Of a stretch of DNA of 64,000 nucleotides, positions 61,494-64,000 are shown piece after piece. The translations under genes and the position numbers were made by a program. Each line of letters starts with the position of its first letter. Position 1 is the stretch's first letter. Origin of the DNA: Heptranchias perlo (lineage: Eukaryota); NCBI RefSeq assembly GCF_035084215.1, contig NC_090349.1, positions 46,562,001 through 46,626,000 of the forward strand, given 5' to 3'. Under the pieces are notes generated by a model. That model did no database searches and had not been told where the DNA came from. It was given only the letters and a program-made list of their open reading frames with translations.

Positions 61494-61734
61494 ATGAACA
61501 AAACCTTTGCGTGTTCGATGCTGACAGTTCCACTAAGTCCAGTAAGGAGCCGAACAGTGAGAGAAACGTGGCCAGCGAGGAAGGAGCGGAGACTGCAGCA
61601 ACTGTTCCCCACACCGGCTGTGAAATCGCTAAAAAGAAGTCCACTGCTCAGCCTTCTGTGGGCAAGAATGATGCTAAAACAAACGCAAAATATGTTCGGA
61701 GGAAGGGTAAAGGGAAACCTCCGAGCCGCACACC
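61494..61734 (+). CDS. KMT5A: KMT5A coding exon (disordered, basic)
   Basis: tttttgcag|AT GAA...ACA CC|gtaagt, 241 nt, phase 1-2, consistent with both neighbours. DEQNLCVFDADSS...KYVRRKGKGKPPSRTP. Confidence 0.85.
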
Positions 61735-61829
61735 GTAAGTTTATCTATTCATGATGATGCTGTTTGTCCTCTGCTGTGTTTGAGCTTTTTTCTCTCCAGC
61801 GAAGGGCACAACTTCGAGGTGTTTTTTTT

Positions 61830-62130
61830 AAAATGATGAGGTCTCGATAGAGTAGATACGGTGAAACTGTTTCCACTGGTAAGAGGGTCAGTAACCAGAG
61901 GGGACAGATTTATGGTAATATGGGGCAATGAGAATTTTTTTTTACGCAGCGAGTTGTTATGATCTGGAATGCGCTGCCTGAAGGGGCAGTGGAAGCAGAT
62001 TCAATAATAACTTTCAAAAATTTACAGGGCTATGGGGAAGTAGCAGGAGAGTGGAACTAATTGGATAGCTCTTTCAAAGAGCCAGCACAGGCTCAATGGG
62101 CCGAATGGTTGTCTCTGCTGTATCTACGAT
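61830..62130 (+). mobile_element. CR1 3' fragment
   Basis: Similar to 3470-3810. Confidence 0.8.
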
Positions 62131-62594
62131 GATGTGCCCATTATCCCATTATTGATGAGAGTCTGGACAGTGTGTGTTGATCGGCAGCTCACCAGAGTGG
62201 GGCTTCGTTGTTAGCCTGCTCCTATTTTCACCCAACATCTACACACGCCCACTTTGAAGCAGGACGGTCACTGGGTAGCGAGCAGGAGTAGGAACCCTGG
62301 CTGATATTTTCCCCCTCACTAGCTGCAAATACTAAGGCCAGTTGGAGCTCCCTGGCTGAAATCGGATGACTCAGCGCAGATCACGGACCAGATCTGGGTT
62401 CTGTTTGGCTGAGGGGAAGTCATTCTTGTTTAATTATTTAGCAGATGGAGGGAGTGACTTAAACACCTATTTGGCTGGATTTCTCTCTCTCTCTGGCTGC
62501 CATCCTACAATGACTGTTTTTCCTCTGACTGTTTTCTCCTTTAAGCAAATTTTTCCTTTTTTGTTTTTCCCCCCCCCCCCCCACCCCCGATCAG

Positions 62595-62682
62595 TGCGAA
62601 AAGCCCAGCAGGCCAGTATCACAAGGTCACTGATTACTATCCTATTCGAAGGAGTTGTAGGAAGTGTGAAGGGCAACTGAAG
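62595..62682 (+). CDS. KMT5A: KMT5A coding exon (PIP degron)
   Basis: 88 nt, phase 2-0. AKSPAGQYHKVTDYYPIRRSCRKCEGQLK (human QNRKLTDFYPVRRSSRKSKAELQ). Confidence 0.93.
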
Positions 62683-63489
62683 GTAAATCTTTATTTGGAA
62701 CTCATGGTGTGGCACAAGAGGTCGGGTCCTAATTTAAAGTCACATGTGTCGGCCTCCGTGCCGCTGGGATGGGATGTCAGTTTGTGTCTGCGATTTCCCC
62801 ACGTGTTAAGTTCCCAGACTTGGCTTAATTGACCAGGAGCTGCCCACAGACAGATGGAAATCTGTGGCTGCGCTGCTCTGAATCGCTTTGTGCTCTTATA
62901 TTGCCAGAGGTTTGCTCGTGCCCCTGGGCCAGAGCTTCAGGCGGGGCAGTATCGAAATAATTTCTGGGAAAGATGCAGGTTTTGAACCTGACCCCAATCG
63001 ACGGCCAATGCTTGCATGTTTGTGAGATTTGGATTTCTCTATCCTTTCGGTGTCTGGGAGTTTGAATTGTAGTTTTGTTTTTATGGATCATCTGTCACAG
63101 CTTTCAGTCAGCTTCCCCCAGGGAGGGTGCTTCCGGCCACTGCCTGATTTTGCCGGGGAGAGCGGTTAGGAGTTCGGTGCAGTGATGTTGAGGGAGTGGG
63201 TCCTACCACTTCCATCTCCATTTACACAAAGGTTCATTTAATAACGCTGATGTGCATCCTCGCACTGTGCCTTGCGGCAACCTCTTACCCCCCACTCCCC
63301 GGCCTATTGCATTGCAGTGATCCCTCGGCCTTTCACAGTGCTACTCTTGTGTGGGATCATAGACACACGTGGGTCTTTGTGATGGTGGGGCTGGAGCAAC
63401 ATATACTGCCTGTAACCTGCACATTGAAAACAGACTGGCATTTGAAACTCAAAAGACCCAGTGACTCAATCTGCTTTCTTTTCCAATAG

Positions 63490-63549
63490 TCGGAAGAGAA
63501 GAAAATAATCGATGAACTGATTCAGAATGCGAAAGAAGAAGGAATGAAG
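63490..63549 (+). CDS. KMT5A: KMT5A coding exon just before the SET domain (gene continues right of the window)
   Basis: tag|TCG...AAG|gtacag, 60 nt. SEEKKIIDELIQNAKEEGMK (human SEERKRIDELIESGKEEGMK). Confidence 0.93.
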
Positions 63550-63597
63550 GTACAGTTAAAATGCTGAAAAGTGTGACGTTAAAAGTTGACCTGCCCA

Positions 63598-63930
63598 GGG
63601 ATCCGGGTGGTGGTGGTGCAATGGGCTGGACTCTCGCCATTCACCTCTGGGTCATGGGTTCAAACCTAGCCCAGATTGATGGGATGCCAGCGTGTGTGCT
63701 AGCTGTAAGGGCGATATGTGAAAGCAGTTTGGCCCATTATCTATTTTGGGTTTGGGCCTGCACAAAACTGGTACTAATTGCCATTCTCCGGTACCTGGGG
63801 ACAGTTGGTTTTGGGGATGGCAAATGCTGCACTGGTGCAATAATGGGCAGGGTGCTGTCCTGAAGTTGGGGCTGAAACACGTCACAAGAGGTAACGTAGA
63901 GGGAGCTTTACTCTGCACCCACCTGCTTGA
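63598..63930 (+). mobile_element. LF-SINE-like tRNA SINE
   Basis: CATTCACCTCTGGGTCATGGGTTCAAACCTAGCCCAG, TATGTGAAA and ACTGGTACTAATTGCCA resemble the recalled LF-SINE consensus. A second tail copy lies on - at about 8815-9000. Confidence 0.5.
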
Positions 63931-63938
63931 CGCTGATT

Positions 63939-63941
<3 letters not shown>

Positions 63942-63978
<37 letters not shown>
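63942..63978. repeat. (TG)n microsatellite
   Basis: About 18 uninterrupted TG units. Confidence 0.98.
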
Positions 63979-63980
<2 letters not shown>

Positions 63981-64000
63981 TTTAACCTTTTTTTGTGTGT

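Overview
Vertebrate genomic DNA, most likely a cartilaginous fish judging by its CR1, L2, Deu-SINE and Penelope repeat repertoire (inference). The window holds the 5' part of SBNO1 (strawberry notch homolog 1) on the minus strand: a non-coding exon 1 near 55.4 kb plus 16 phase-consistent coding exons from 51837 down to 1089, continuing off the left end. The 5' part of KMT5A/SETD8 lies head-to-head on the plus strand (exons 56408-63549; the SET domain lies beyond the right end). The two genes share a roughly 1 kb CpG-island bidirectional promoter. Almost all other ORFs in the track are retroelement debris or noise. The most notable non-coding signal is a set of short, TSD-flanked, often palindromic Penelope-like retroelements in SBNO1 introns that carry minimal hammerhead-ribozyme cores, on both strands in the complete fold-back copies, with compensatory stem changes between copies. 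Also seen: a U12-type minor intron in SBNO1, a candidate 39-nt in-frame SBNO1 microexon, candidate poison exons, and ancient SINE relatives (LF-SINE-like, AmnSINE2-like, Deu-SINE). Repeat boundaries are approximate, and homology calls come from recalled sequences, not database searches.
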